A DNA stretch of 64,000 nucleotides from Chlorokybus atmophyticus (GCA_009103225.1 RHPI01003369.1:1037490-1101489); one strand, 5' to 3'. Counted from the stretch's first letter, positions 23,501-38,043 are shown. Notes: a model not told the origin generated them from the sequence alone. Numbers and translations: made by a program.

Positions 23501-25002
23501 CATCGGCTACACGCTGTCGGGAACTCTTGTTAGTGAGATATTGAACATCGTGGACAACCCGAGCAAGCTCGTCACGATCCTGGGCTCCTCTATTCCAGGA
23601 GCTTCTTCGTACTTTGTGACCTTCATGATGACGCGCACATTCACATTCATGCCGTTGGATCTTCTGCAGGTATGTCATGTCATATTGCTGCTGTCTTTGG
23701 TAGCAAGAGACTTTTTGCCTTGGTCAATGCTGGGTACCTTATCTGATCGTGCTATATGCAGCCATGGCCTTTGATTGTAACGGCCGTTACGACGCTCGTC
23801 GTCAGTGGACGCTTTGTTTACCGACACACTGGTGCGCGCTTGCTACGGCCTTCAACAACTGACAAGCTAGTCAACAAGCCAGTAAAGGTGCGTACCTGAA
23901 AGCGCCTATCATGCAATTGATGCAATAACTGTAACACTGCAGCAGGGCCAAAACAACAGACGCTGGAAGCCGTTTCAAATTGAGTACCATATTCATGGTG
24001 AGTTACATCCCAAAGCAGCATTATATCAGATGCAATGAAGAATGCCCTGCCTATAGCTGTGAACGCTTGCTTCCTGCCTCAGGTCCAAACCATCTCAAAA
24101 TGTTGAGTTTAGGATTAAACTTTAGCATCATCGCCCCAATCATTCTTCCATTCTCGCTGTTGTACTTCTTGATTGGCTACATCATCTGGAGGAATGCGGT
24201 GAGCTATAGTCGATATGGGCCCTTGGTTGACACAACAGCAATATGTTCACCACTTGCGGGGTTGGAACCCACGACCAACCAATCAGGGTGTTTACTGCAG
24301 GTGGCTCACTGTCGGGAGCCTCTATTCGAGAGCGGAGGCAACATCTGGCCTCTGATTCACAACAACATGCTCGTAGCGCTTGTCGTGCAGCAGATCGTGC
24401 TGATCGGCATGTTCTCACTCAAGCTCTCCGTGGCGCAAACACCGTTCCTTATACCCCTCCCCATCCTGTCGATTGTGTTCTGGCTTCTCACTCGGCAACG
24501 CCTCCGCAATGCTGCATTGTACGTGTCTGTCAACAATGCGCGCATGGCGGATTACGAGGCCTCCAAGACGGACCTCTCACCCGACTGGCCAACAAACATT
24601 GCTGCCGCGTACGTGCCTGCTTGCATGAGCGGCAGCCTATATGACCCGCGCATAGGCCGCAGGCGAACTGAGGGGGAAGATGTATCCAAGCAATCAAGCA
24701 ACGATGCTTCCTTGCAACAAGAACGACAACAACAGAGCAATCCGCTGGACATGCCGTCCGCGCAGCCGGCCACAGGTTGGAAGGCAGTGAGGAAGCGTGC
24801 GGCAATTGTCGCACAGCTAAAAGCGTTGCACCAAGGGATTGGTACAGGGTCAGGAGTTGCAACAGCTGCTGCAGCTGATGCTGGTGAAGGCAGTGCGCAA
24901 GAGACACCAAGTGTTTACAACAGCGCATTCAACACTAACGAGTCAAGTCCCTCAACAGCTGATGCAGGTCTTGAAAGCCCAACGGATCAAAAGCGCTTGT
25001 AG
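20546..25002 (+). CDS. CSC1/OSCA/ERD4-family calcium-permeable stress-gated channel
   Basis: GLDALMFLRF, LPVILPIN, MDKLTFSNIP, LWAH, AVVTFKSRTAAAFASQ, WRVAQAPEPRDIY, SSIPGASSYFVTF, IAPIILPFSLLYF, ESGGNIWP. Confidence 0.93.
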
Positions 25003-25997
25003 AGCACACATTGCAGCAGCATACTGCACGCCACAGTTTCATTGCGCAGATGATAGTGTATGACTTCAAGTTACTTCTATTCAGCGATTGTATATTCAGC
25101 AAGTTACAGTTATGCAACTTCAATGAATGGACTGAGTCGGGGTGGTATGCAAGCAGGCATGCGCTAGCTCTACAGACTGTCACCAACAGTCTACTACTGT
25201 TGCTACCATTTTGAGTGCGGCGCTGTAATGCTGTGCATGACGACACTGCGGTGTGCTGGGTGTGGTGTTATGTGCCAAATGAGCAACTACTACTATCGTC
25301 GAGCCACAAGTCAGTATGCAGTGGCCTTATGTACACTGCATACTCAGGCCATAATCCACTGTCAAGCAAGCCTGCAAGGTGTTCCACAGTCAGTCATCAT
25401 ACTGCGGGGCCCAGCACACCCCTGCCACTGTTTCCTGCTCTGCTGTCTCGTGTTGTGACTTGCTTCTTAACCCTACCATTGCCGCCTACCACCCACACCT
25501 CAACCCCTGCCCCAACCGACACCCTCGGCCCCAGACTTTACATTTAAAAGCTGTCTGATGTTGTGCCTGCGCTTGGCGTTTGTGTTTTTGCCGTTGTGAG
25601 TCTGAAACTAATCAGTTGCATATACCATGATACTGTGTCAGTCATGTTGATACTGCCTAGGCACAAGTAGGATAGATAAGTAATTATATGGCTGCACATA
25701 TTGTATACTCACGGTCGTTCTCTACCACAACACAGTCACACACACATCATCACAGTTCCAGTGCTCTTCCTGTCACACATCCGCACACATCCCCTCGCTG
25801 CCGCCGGCGCAGCGCCACTGCTGCTGTTGTCGTTGTCGCCACCCCCACCATTGCTGCTATTCTGCGTCCTGCTCCATCGCCAGCACTGCGACTGCCTCCA
25901 TGGTCAGCGGGTCTGATAGGTTGGGTTCCCCAGGCAGAATATGATGCTGGCACGCTTGCACAAGTTGCGAAGCGGGTGTTGAAAAAGCCGCTCACGG

Positions 25998-28400
25998 CTA
26001 TGCAAAAGTTGCGGACGCGAACAGGCCCTGCAGCATGGGATGCTCACGCAGGGGGCTGGCCAATGCATCGTCCCTTTGCATCTCTGCAGATGCAGTGCGG
26101 AAGATGCTATTGAAACGGGCAGTGTTGTCATAAACAAACAAGAGGTACTTGTCGCACTCCAACCCCAGTGCTTTGGCGCGTTCCTGTACACTCTTCGACA
26201 ACTGAAGGTCACACTGCTCTGCTTGCTCGCAGCCTTCTTGACGTCGTTCAGATTCCTGTCCAAGACGTCGATGTGCATGATGACAAAGGGTCAGCATTCT
26301 CACCAGATTACCATGTGAGAGGCCACCGGCTTAAACTGCCCCCTGATGAGTTGCGCCGTCGCCAGCAGATCGGCGCTTGCTTGCTGGTAATGCGCTGCAG
26401 CGTCTGCTGCTCTTTCCTTGAGATCCTTGGCAATGTCCTTGATCACGGCTGGCACTGCTGCTGCTCCCAAGCCTACAGCCGCTGCACACATGTTAAAGTA
26501 ACGAGTCAGTGACCTACACGCCGCGCGACCAGACCTGTGCAATGTCGCACCCACCGAATATTGGTACCCCAACCGAGGCAAAAGAAACAGTGCTCTACAT
26601 GTACATGCAGGTAGAACATTAGCACCGTGCCTGCCGTGGTTACATGCTTGAGTTCAGGTGTGTACCTGCGAGGTGAGCGGCTGCGGCTGCACTGACTGTG
26701 ACGAGGCCCCCCGTTGTCACGATGTCAACGGCAGTGAGGATGGACAGCAGAGTTACGCCTGCACCGCCTATATCAACTTAACTTTTCTTGCCTGCTTCTT
26801 GCCTTTGCGGAGCGCGCTTTGAGCTTTCTCGTCTTCCTGCAGCACATGGCAGTAAGTCTTGCATTTCAACAGCCTCGCTCATGCAATATGGGATGACCGC
26901 GCTAGCCATTAAAAAGCTGCAGAAAATACAGGTCTGTTGACTCTGCATTACTAGTTTGCTAATAACACCAGGTACTGCTACATGTACTGCTATGCCGCAG
27001 TACACTGTCCCACGTCATATTCAGCACCATATTCAGCGACTGCATGCACAACTTGCTTTGTCGCCTCCTGCTCAGCTGCATCAGCGAAGCTATAAAAGAG
27101 CTGGAATTTTGTTTGTGTTTGTATATCCCTGTTTGACTGGTTAACCGCTTCTGCAGCCTGCTTGGACTCATTGACCGTTGCTCGCAAGTGATGTAGCCAG
27201 GCCTTGTCGTATTGAACAAGCTGGCCCCATCAGCTGCACCGTGTCTTCCATCACCTCCTTAGACTTGGGCAGGATGTCCTTTGAGTAATGCTGAGTCTCT
27301 TGCGCAACCCTGCCGCGCAGGGCTTTGCAAAGACACATCGAGCATGTGCACGCCTTATCCTGGCAGGTGATTGTGCGCGCAATGTAGAGCCGGTGCACAC
27401 CATCGACCGCCCCCTCAAGATATTCTGAAGCACTTTCGACGGCGAGTTTCACGTCAGCCGCTGCCGTCCGCATACCACCTGACAGCTCATTGGCAGCACT
27501 CTGGAACTCTGCACTCGTCATGACTCCGGTGTATCTGAGCAAACGCCAGCCTTGTGTTAGAAGCAGTGCTTTGAAAACTTCTACTTCTAGTGTGCGCAGA
27601 CAGTGCACTCACTCAGCGCATTCTCCTACTCTGCATTGTCGAGGTGGGTGCAGGATGCAGTGCATGTGTGGCTTACCAGCAAACTGTAGCAGCTCAAGGG
27701 AAAAGAGCTCCCTCCCTTCACCGCACCTCAGAAGCCGTCTTTCACAATGCTTACCTCACCTTACCTTCAGCGGGCAGAATGCAAGGCTCCCATGGTGGCT
27801 ACAATTTACAGTCTATAAGCGGTGCTGCACTCGGCGACCGCTCACAGTCAGTAACGCATGGGGCACTACGCCCTGTATGTTGACAAGACGTGCCGTTGTG
27901 CTTTGCGATAAAGCATAAAAAACACTCTCTGCCGTTCTTCTTGCAGGCGCAAGGGTGCAAGGCGCGCCGGGAGCACCCCACCCTTTTGCTTCAGGGGGGA
28001 CTGGGCAGTGCTCCCTATGAAAGAGAGGAAGAATGCCCTCATAAGTCAAGCTTTGGAGTCATGAGGACACTCTGCTTGGGTCAGAAAGATGGGTGCCCTT
28101 GCCCACTGCCCGCACACCTCAAGGTCACAGCTGCGCAACCTCAGCAGCAGCGGGCGCTGACAGCGCCCGTCCATTCTGTAGCAGACGTGACAGTCCTCTG
28201 CACCCTTACCTTTAGCACCTGTCATGCAGAGAGTCCTGCTTGAAACGCCGCCAAAGCAGTACTGCGCACCGCATGCTCACTGCGATGCCCAGCCTCAGGC
28301 CGGCCTTCTTGGAGAGGTCGCTAACCTGGAGCTGGGCGAAGGTCACATCAGTCCTCCAAGGCAGAGCCAAACGGCGCTGTTGCATGGACGTTGTTGTGGA
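25998..28400 (-). CDS. Uncharacterised alanine-rich helical protein, multi-exon; 5' end uncertain
   Basis: Splice-bounded protein-like exons (SAEFQSAANELSGGMRTAAADVKLAVESASEYLE; VAQETQHYSKDILPKSKEVMEDTVQ; IKDIAKDLKERAADAAAHYQQ). Last exon ends LFASATFA* at 25998. Confidence 0.5.
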
Positions 28401-29424
28401 TGGACGCTGATCATGAACACGTGAAGCCTGCTTCGTAGGCGCTGACTGCAAGGGACAGCTGCACCTCGTACCAAAGGTGATACAAGTGACGGCAGGCACA
28501 AGCCGGGCTGCTGGCAGTGTGCGGTTGGGGGTCGCTTGGGGACAGCTTGCACCATGGGTACGCTGAGAGTGTCGTCATTTCACTACCTATCAATCTGTAG
28601 AGTGCTTTCTTGAACAAAGGTAGCTTTGGTTACCGCATGCTGACAATGAAGCTGTCATCATGTAGCGACGCAGCCTGCTGACAGTAGGGCTACAGCAGCG
28701 CCATGGTAATGGGCCGCTGATAGCCAAGGCGTCACAATGCTAGTCTTGTCACTCGACTCAAGCGGCCGCATCAGTCAACTGACGTGTGACACGGCTGCTG
28801 GACGTTACAGAAGGCCTCGCACATGCTGGGCAGAGATGTGACACGAAGATGAAAGTGCCACACGCCCTCGGCTGCGCCAGAAGGGCAAATGGGTAGAGGC
28901 TTCGGACAACCTGCTCCAACGCAAGGTGGGCAACATCATCACACAAGTAAACCTAGATAGAACTTGTTGGACAGTATGCACAGTCTCTCTTACATAGCAG
29001 TGCGTACCGCGGGGAGTAGACTGCCAGACACAGTTGCATGCGCATTGCAGACTGAGGCGCTGTGCCTTTGGCTCACACGAAGCTGTAATTAAACTGGGCA
29101 TTGGCTTTCAGTGGTTGCGGCTGGGCGTGAGGGAGAACAGGTGACCAACTTTGGGAGGCGGCAAAGGGTCTAGAACCCTTGACAAACAGCATGCAGCGTC
29201 ACAAACCTGCAACTTCAGGGCAACAGCCTGCTGCAGAGAGTAGCACATGTGTCTGCGCTGCAGAAGTGCAACATTATCAATTCGAAACATCTTTACATGG
29301 TGTGCATGCTTGCCTGTCTCTCACATGCGGAACACACAATATGCTGTCAACTCCGTCACAGCTGCTCTCCTTAAAGCAATTGTGCTACTCTCATACCATA
29401 CGCACCAGTTTTACGTGTGTTGCA

Positions 29425-31964
29425 GGTGTTCCCGGTGGCACCCTTTGCGCTTGCACCAGTTGCGGCCTCTCCTGCTGCCTTACTTGCAGAAACAGCAGGG
29501 CCATCATGGCACCGGCAACCAAGCTGCGTAGTACAACCAACTTGCACAACATGTTGTCGAAGATCAGAACATTTTGCCATGCACCATGATGCTGTGCAGT
29601 CTTTGTATACAATGCAGTAGCAACATCCATGCTCAGCAAGGCTTCAGAGCGGCAGTATGTCCTGGGGGAAGAAGCATTTTGTCTCCTTGTTTTACACCCC
29701 ATGGCAGCTTTCTAGTACATGGCAAACCTCTGTGCAAATCTTGCAGTCCTGGTGTCCCGTTGTGTGTAGTTTGCAAGTGACTGCAGATAGTACACTCATT
29801 GCAACCCACTTCATTAATTTACAAACACAATGCAGCCGAACTGAGCAATGTTGTTATTCTCATTGAGAAATCATGACTAGATCTTCACAATATGGCATGT
29901 GCATGCACAACTGTGGTCAGATAGACTATTACTCACCAGGTCAGGTCAGTTGTTTGGTACATGTTCGCATCCGGCATTCTTCTGCTCAATCCCATCACCT
30001 GATTCTCGAGCGATCCTCCTGACACGCAGGAGTAAATGAGCTGAAGCTTGGACCAACATCTCCTCCATATGCCAGGGGCAGTCAGGGCGGCTGCAGCAAC
30101 AGCAATACTCACTATGCTTCAACCGCTTTCGGATAAGGCAGCACTACTGGCGCACTTCAATGCAGGAAGCCACAACACGACGCTCACTCCCAATGCGTTG
30201 AAGGTGCTGGAGAACGTTAAGGTGAGTGATGTGCAATGTCTGACTCGGTCAGGCCGAGTACGAACGGCCGCCCTCAGTAAAGCCCTGAAATGATGATGAT
30301 AGCGTCCTTCTGTTCAAGCCTGTCACATGCTTGAATTGCGTGTGTTCAGCGGCAACAGCAGCCTGCCAGTCCAAGGCTGACCAATTTGGCAATGGCAGAG
30401 GTCCTTGCAAGCAGCTGAGCCAGGCATCTCCAGGTCTGAGATAGCACACCCACGGTTAGGGCCTGTTAGCTGGCGGAAGCTTCCAATCCACCACGTCGTC
30501 GGGCCGCTGATGTAATCATGCATGATGCCATGTTGCAACTGCACAGCGACAAGTTCTTGAGCAAGCTGCTCTTGCAAATGCAAGCGGCACACAGTGTACG
30601 ACACCTTGCATGTGTTGCTGCGTGCTGACTGGACTACACGTTGTGCATGCGCATGCATGTCCTGCATTTGATGTACACCAAGGTGAGTGTTGCGGCCTAG
30701 CTGGCATTTTGCTCAAACACTGTGCATCAGGTGCTGCAATGGACGAAGTGTTGGCACGCACTAGGTCTCGACCTTCATTGTAGCGCTGGAGGAGTTATGC
30801 CAGGCAGGTGGCAGGCATGGGACCGAGTCCGACCCGCAAATCATTGCGGGAACCGCGCTAATGGAGTTGCAGCGGTTGCAAACCGGCTTAGAACTCTCGA
30901 TTGCTGCTATCCCTGCGCTGTACAAGCACGTTGGCACCGGCGAGCTGTTCCAAAGCCTGCGAGGCACAGTTGTCAAGGAGATGCTTGCGTACTTGCACAA
31001 GCTCACGCCCGACTCCCACAGCGTTATGAGGGAATTGCTTGTAATGCTGAGCCAGATGCGGGCGACAAGAGCTCTCGACTCGAGAGTGCCTTGATTACCT
31101 CGAGGACAAGCGCAAACCTACAAGGCAACCATAGAGAAAACATCGTACACGCATCAGTGCATGAGGCTTGTTCTTCAAACGCTGTTTGCGGAGGCCGACA
31201 CAGTGCAGAGTGCGCTGCAGGTCAGAGCACTGAAGTTGCACGGCTGGTCCACATCTTCTTGCATGCGTGCAAGAAGTGCTCGAAGAGTTCATCAGTGTCT
31301 AACCGCAGACCCTTCTCAATGCCTGAACTGCAGGCGCAGCTCAACACACAGCCTGCCAGATTGAAGACTGATGCCAGAACTGTTACGGGTGTTAATGTGA
31401 GCAATGGCGCCACGCAAGCAGTGGCGCTGCTGGTTGCAGCACATTGCATAACAGGCGGGGGGAAACGCACTCTAACTGAGACATCAGCACGCATGGCAGC
31501 CGAGCCAGCGTCAGGTACCGAGGTGCCCAAAACAGCGCTATAGCCTGCTGTGCTTTGGCCTTGCACCTGAGTCTTGCACAACAGGACTATTGCTGCAAGA
31601 TGCAAGCTTAACCGCACACGTGCTGCGCAACAAGCAGCTAGTGAAGGAGATCGCTGAAGCCTGCCGCAGCGGGATAACTGTCAAACTTGAGCACGCAGTA
31701 AAAGTCCTCACCACACAGCTTGTGCCAATTGTCGCTCACTTCAACAAGTTCCTGTCCAATATCGCTGGCCTGTACGCGGGATTCCTTGCCCAAGTTGCAT
31801 TGGCTCGTACGGCGCTAACTGAACTACAGAGAGAGCAGCTGGCTGAGGAGAGCATCTTCCTGCCGCACATATGGAGCTTGGTAGGCCAGAGTGAGCTGGT
31901 TGCACATGTTTTCCTCAAGTACATTGCTTTCAGCGCAAACCTGGAGGCCACGACCACCGCTTAG
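29425..31964 (+). CDS. Uncharacterised alpha-helical protein, multi-exon; 5' end and some junctions unresolved
   Basis: Plus-strand exons with canonical splice sites (LENVK|GTGAG; TAG|VSTFIVALEELCQ...KEMLAYLHKL; CMRLVLQTLFAEADTVQSALQ|GT). Terminal 124-codon open frame ends at 31964. Confidence 0.45.
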
Positions 31965-32399
31965 CTGGCCATCGTTGACCATGAACTGCAGAAGGATCTG
32001 CGATCAGGCGCGGATTGCGCAAAAAATATAAGGGAGAGAAGGCTTTGCATGGAAGAGTGCACAGCAGCAACACTAATCTGACAGTCACATATTAGAATAT
32101 GCGTTTCCATGGTTGTATTCGAGTCGACATGCAGTTGTGCAGGGCATACTGTAATTGACATACCTGAGGCAAGGCTTGCTGTTGTGACTAGGGGCAATTG
32201 TGCCGTGTCGGTGTTCTGCAGACCATGTTGCCTGCAGCCTTTTGAGCATTACGGCGCCCACACTTTCAGAGAGTTTCGACAGATATCAGTGCTGTGTCAA
32301 CGATCTCGTACCTGAACACTTGCGTCACACAAAGGTAAACAAGCCAGGTAACAATGCCATTGGCCTTGCGCACAAGCTGGCTGGCTTGGTCCTTCTCAG

Positions 32400-33185
32400 C
32401 TACTACTTACACCGTCATCTCCACGTACAATGCATGCACTCCTTGCAAACCTGTGCACAATGAACCTGTACGGCAGCTTGTTTGCAACTGTGAAATCCGG
32501 CGGTACCAGTGCAAGCTCACCTTGGGTAATCTGTTGCGAGTACAGTGTCTTGCATTCTTGTGCTCTGGCTGTTTCGATTACCTGCAATGCATATGCAAGC
32601 AAAGGCCGAGTGAGTGTGCATGCCAGTCTGCAACGTGCATGTACCCAAGCAGTGGCTGCCTGTTAAGTGCCTAATCGATGAGGTGCAGACTTTTGGCTAT
32701 CCCAGCCACCCTCCTTCGCGAATTGCCAACGGAAGCGTGAGCTCACCATGCCCTACACTGTAGATGCTTCATGTAACACAGCATGCACACCATATGAAGA
32801 TGAGTTACAAGCTGAAACGGTGTGAGCAGTTGATGTTTATGCTTGGAGTAGGCCGTCAAACCAGTGCAGGGTCGCCAAGTTGGCGGTGATCTTGTAGATG
32901 AAAATTTACAGACAAGTGGAACGGTATGCTGTGAGACCCGTTTGTCACATATCACATGGCAAAGCCACGCAAGAAGTAGCGAGCGCACACAATTTTGCGA
33001 AAGACATAGATTATGTCATTAAGTGCAGCAGACAAAGAGCTAGCTAATCACAGTGCTGCGCGTCATATGCGCTGCGGACTAAGAACCAGCCACACCTACA
33101 GGACACTGCAAATCAGACGGAAGCGCTCGCCCACTGCTATGCACCTCGCACCACCCAAACACACGCAAGCGCCGAATTTGCGCAT
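32400..33185 (-). CDS. Probable short uncharacterised gene divergent from AP2A; 3' end unresolved
   Basis: GC-rich leader then ATG at 33185 (MRKFGACVCLGGAR|GT). Protein-like exon VIETARAQECKTLYSQQITQGELALVPPDF. Confidence 0.3.
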
Positions 33186-33545
33186 GGCCGCCACCGCCAC
33201 CGCCGCAACACTACCGCCACCAACGTTGTCAAGCTGCACTGAGCGTGCACACTACCATCAGACTTCTTACATGCCGGTACGGTAGTGTAGCGACAAGTTG
33301 GCTTGTACCTAACTGTTTCTGACTAAGTGGTGTCAAAATCTGCGAGTGTGTCAATTAGGGTTTGCTGCCAGCTGTCGGGGCAAGCGCTTGGAGGCGTCAC
33401 CCAGGGCGGCGACGGGACGGAGGAGGCTCGTTCCCGAAGCTGGGTGTGGTTGTCCTGCCGGCGTCATGTCATTGCACTGAACGAGCAGGCCAACTCCCCT
33501 AAACCACGGCCCGAGCGCCGCATTGTAGCATAGTTTGTTGACAAG

Positions 33546-36500
33546 ATGGCCGTGAGCGGCATGCGGGGCTTGACCCAGTTTATCAGCGACATCAGGAACT
33601 GCCAGAGCAAGGAGGCGGAGCGGGCCCGCGTGGACAAGGAGCTTGCCAACATTCGGACGAAGTTCAAAGCTGACAGGGTGCGCATTTTGTGTGGGTTGGA
33701 TCTGCGTACAGCCCGGTTAGTTGCCAAATACTTCATTACCTTTGCTGCATATGTCAGCGCGGCACAGTAGTACTACCCGCACATGCGAATAGAGACTGAA
33801 TGTTGCATGGGTTAGGGTCACAATGCTGACATGTGTGCATGTATCTCAAACGCGGCTTGCTGCACTCGCACGTTTGCACAGAACTTGAGGAGATTATGTA
33901 GCGCAATTAGCAGCAGTAACTTCCAACATGAACAGCTCTTTAAGTTGGCAACGCCGGATATTCGGGCATAGCAGGCTTATGCATGCGTACTCATCGCTAT
34001 GTCTGCAGGGTATTACACCATATGAGAGGAAGAAGTATGTTTGGAAAATGTTGTACATTTACATGCTGGGGTACGATGTGTACTTTGGGCACATGGAGGC
34101 ACTCAGCTTGATTTCATCACCAAAGTATGCCGAGAAGCAGGTAAGCCACATATCAGCAGCACCTCAGGTTCCCAGATTTTTGTGACAGCTTAAACTATTG
34201 ATTGAGGCACCATCGTCAATCTGCCTCTGCATCTACCTACCCTTGTCATTTTCCCATCGATTTAGTAACGAGTGTTCAATGCAGGTTGGTTACATTGTGA
34301 CAGCCTGCCTTCTCAATGAAGGCAATGAGTTCTTGCGGCTGGTCATCAACACTGTGCGCAACGACATTGTAGGCCGCAATGAGACCTTCCAGTGCCTTGC
34401 CCTCACCATGGTATGCCATGCTTAAAAACACAACCCACATTGCTAGTTACAAGCGTTGCAGACCATGTTAATGTCATCAGGTGGCCAATATTGGTGGAGC
34501 AGAGTTTGCTGAGGCACTAGCACCCGAAGTCATGAGGTTACTGGTGAGTGTTAAGCTCACATTGATGTAGCTTCGTTGCAAGTTTATAACTTCAACCGCA
34601 TCAATTGCAAAAACCGACTACTTATGCAGATGTCGGCAAGTGCTCGGCCAATTGTTCGCAAGAAAGCCGCCCTGTGTTTGCTTCGTCTGCATCGCAGAAA
34701 TCCTGAGATCCTCACACCAGACACATGGTAAGGACTTGTGAATGACATTGAGTAATGTTGTGCGCGCAGCTTTTATTGGTGGTGTTGGTAACCGTCAGTT
34801 CACAGGGCGGACAACATGGAGACGTTGTTGGAAGAGAAGCATGTGGGTGTGTTGACAGCATCCATGAGTCTCTTGACGGCGCTTGTTGGCCATAGCCCAG
34901 AAGGTTACGAGCACTGTTTGCGCCGAATTGTTCGAGTTTTGGAGCGTATGGTCAAGGGCATTGAAGTTCCTCAAGACTACACATACTATGGTATCCCCTC
35001 TCCTTGGCTGCAAGTGAAGACGATGCGCTGCCTGCAGTACTTCGACCCTCCTGATGACTCCGAGGTCAAGCGGGCACTGTTGGACGTTCTGGGTCGCATT
35101 CTGAACAACACGGACAACGTGAAGAATGCCAACAAGAACAATGCCATGCACGCTATCCTTTTTGAGGCGGTCAACCTGGTAACGCACCTCGACTATGACT
35201 CAGAGTTGACAGCGCAAAGCATATCTTTGCTTGGGAAGTTCTTGCTGGTTCGCGAGCCCAACATTCGGTACTTGGGGTTGGAGAGCATGACGCATCTGGT
35301 GCTGATACCTGAGTTTGTTGACCGTATCAAGACGGTGCAAGACCAGGTCATCAACCTGCTGAAGGATCCGGACATTTCCATCCGCAAGCGCGCACTGGAC
35401 TTGCTGTACAATATGTGTGACTATGACAATGCGAAAGCCATTGTCGGCGAGCTTCTGACATACTTGGATGACGCTGAGTACGGGATCAGGGAAGAGCTTG
35501 TGCTGAAGATGGCCATTTTGGCTGAGAGGTTTGCACCAGATCTTTCCTGGTATGTCGACGTCATGCTTGGCCTGACCGAAAAGGCTGGCGACTTTGTCAG
35601 TGATGAGATTTGGTACCGAGTGGTGCAAATTGTCACCAACAACGATGACCTGCAAGAGTACGCTGCTGCGAAGGTGCTGGCTGCGTTGGTTGGTGGCAGT
35701 GCCCATGAGTCCATGGTGAAGGTTGCAGCCTACATTCTTGGAGAGTTTGGCCACCTACTGGAAGGACAGCCAGGTATGTGGTCATACCATGTTTGCTTTG
35801 CAATTGATAAATGCAAATAATGGTGTTTTACTTTTTGTCTGCTCACCAATGATCAACACAGGCTGCGGACATTATGATGTGTTTATGGCACTTCACGAGA
35901 AGTTTGCAGCAGTGACCCGTCCCACTAAGGCGCTATTGCTAACTGCTTACATCAAGCTTCTCATGCACAACACGCGAGATGCACAGTTCCGCGAGGAGGT
36001 GATCACGGTGTTCAGGCGATATGAAAGTTTTGCAGATCAGGAAATCCAACAGCGTGCTGTTGAGTACGAAGCCATTGGCAAACGGCCACAGGTGCGTGCT
36101 TTAGGCATCTGATGCATTCACAGCCCAGTGGATTGCGTCCGTTCATGATATTATACTTTGTACATGCTGAGTGCTCAGTGACAAGGTCTGGCATTGGCAG
36201 ATGAGCGGCATCTTGGCTGAGATGCCCAAGTTTGGCCAGAGAGAGTCAACTCTGCACAAGAAGGTGGAGGCCTCAGACCAAGACACAGCTGATGTCTCAC
36301 TTGTTGCGCGCCTGCGAAATCAGTCCTTCCGCGGCGCTATTGTGCCTTCAACAGCCACTGCTGAGCCGATTACCAATGGCCCTGTGAAATCCGAGCCACG
36401 CGCTATTGAAGCACCAGTGGTAAGTCTCTTGGATGGTTGATGTCTCAAACCCCAACGCACCACTGCAGGTCAGTCGTCATGTGCCAGTTGCATTGAACCA

Positions 36501-38043
36501 TCGTTTCCCAGGCGGATATTTTAGGCTTTAGTGATGCAAGCGTCAGTCATGCGCCGCTTCCGCCCAAGCCGCCAACCGCAAATGGCGCCCCCAAGTCTAG
36601 CAATCCAATGGACTTGCTGGGAGAGCTTATGGTTGGTGCTCCGGCGTTGCCTGCACCGTCCCCGGCCCCAGCAACACCTGCTGCCAGCCCCATGGATCCA
36701 TTTGGTGCAGTGGCTCCCATGCCTAGTAAGTTTAGTTACCAGACAAGAGTCATTTGCTGGGCTCGTGCTGTTCACGCATGGTCCCTGTAACAGGCCATCA
36801 ACGCTATGGTAATACGCTCTCCTGCCAACCCTTTTTCCAGGTGGCGGCACCATTCAGCCCACAGGCAGCGTAGTCCAATGGTACCAGAAGCTGTGTACAA
36901 CAGACAGCGGCATATTGTATGAAGACCCATTCTTGCAGGTACTACTTAAGCAGCTTCTGCCATAACTTTAGCTGCTCTATGCAACCCACCCTGACACAAC
37001 TTGCCATGCTAGATTGGTCTGAAGGCTGAGTATCGGCAACATATGGGAAGGCTTCTCCTGTTTTTCGGCAACAAATCAGCAGCAACCTTGGAGAACATTA
37101 GGTGTGGAGTGCCACCCATGCCCGCTTTACGTGCTCAGCTTGGCCCTGTACCACCCTCAATCCCGCCACAGCAGCAGGTATATGTAGTGACAGGCTATGC
37201 ATTACAACTGATCCATGGTAGTGGATGAGGTTGCTGATCCCCCTGAGGGCACTCACGTGTTGCATTCTGTTTACAGGTTCAAGTATCGGTTGACGTGGCC
37301 TGCTCACAACCATTTGTGGAGCAACCAGTCTTCCAGCTGGCGTACTCTACGCAAGGGCAGTCTGCAACGCAAACACTGCGGTTGCCAGTTGTTGTCAGCA
37401 AGTTTCTGTCACCCACGCAGCTGCAACCGCAAATGTTTTTTGATCGCTGGAAGAATCTTGCTGGGCCGCCATTAAAGCTGCAAGAGTTGGTGAGCACTCG
37501 CTGAATGTCTTCTCCTAGCCTTTTGCTGGCATCCTGGCTGCAAGACAGTGTTGAAAGCTCAGTTTGCTCAAAAGTAGGCTTTTTCACAGCCTCTTTATTC
37601 ATCTCGTCTTTGCTTCTGGTAGGTTCGAGGTGCACGGCCATTTGATGTGCCATCGTTGGAGCAGCTGTTCACAAAGCTCAACCTCGGCGTTTCCCGTGGG
37701 CTCGACCCCAACCCAGCAAATATTGTTGCTGCTAGTGTCCTGCGCACAGAGCGTGGTGCTGAGAACTTGTGTATGGTGCGCTTGGAAACTGACCCAACCA
37801 ACCCCACTCAGTTCCGGCTTACTGTTGGTACATCTGACCAGTACAGCACTAAGAGGTCAGCAATTTGGAGTTGGAGTTTGCCCTTGTCATAGTCATGAAG
37901 TTGCTGGTGAGTGTGCAGTCACTAATGCCATCGTCGTGCCTTGCAGTCTCCTGGATACCATTCTTGACCAAATGCTTCCCGGTGGCTTGCAAGCGCGTTC
38001 CCAAGAACCTCCCAAGGCGCTGACTGCCAACCCATTTGCATGA
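33546..38043 (+). CDS. AP2A: AP-2 adaptor complex alpha subunit (alpha-adaptin)
   Basis: [95 protein letters not shown], ear/appendage region FFDRWKNL...CMVRLETDP. Confidence 0.97.
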
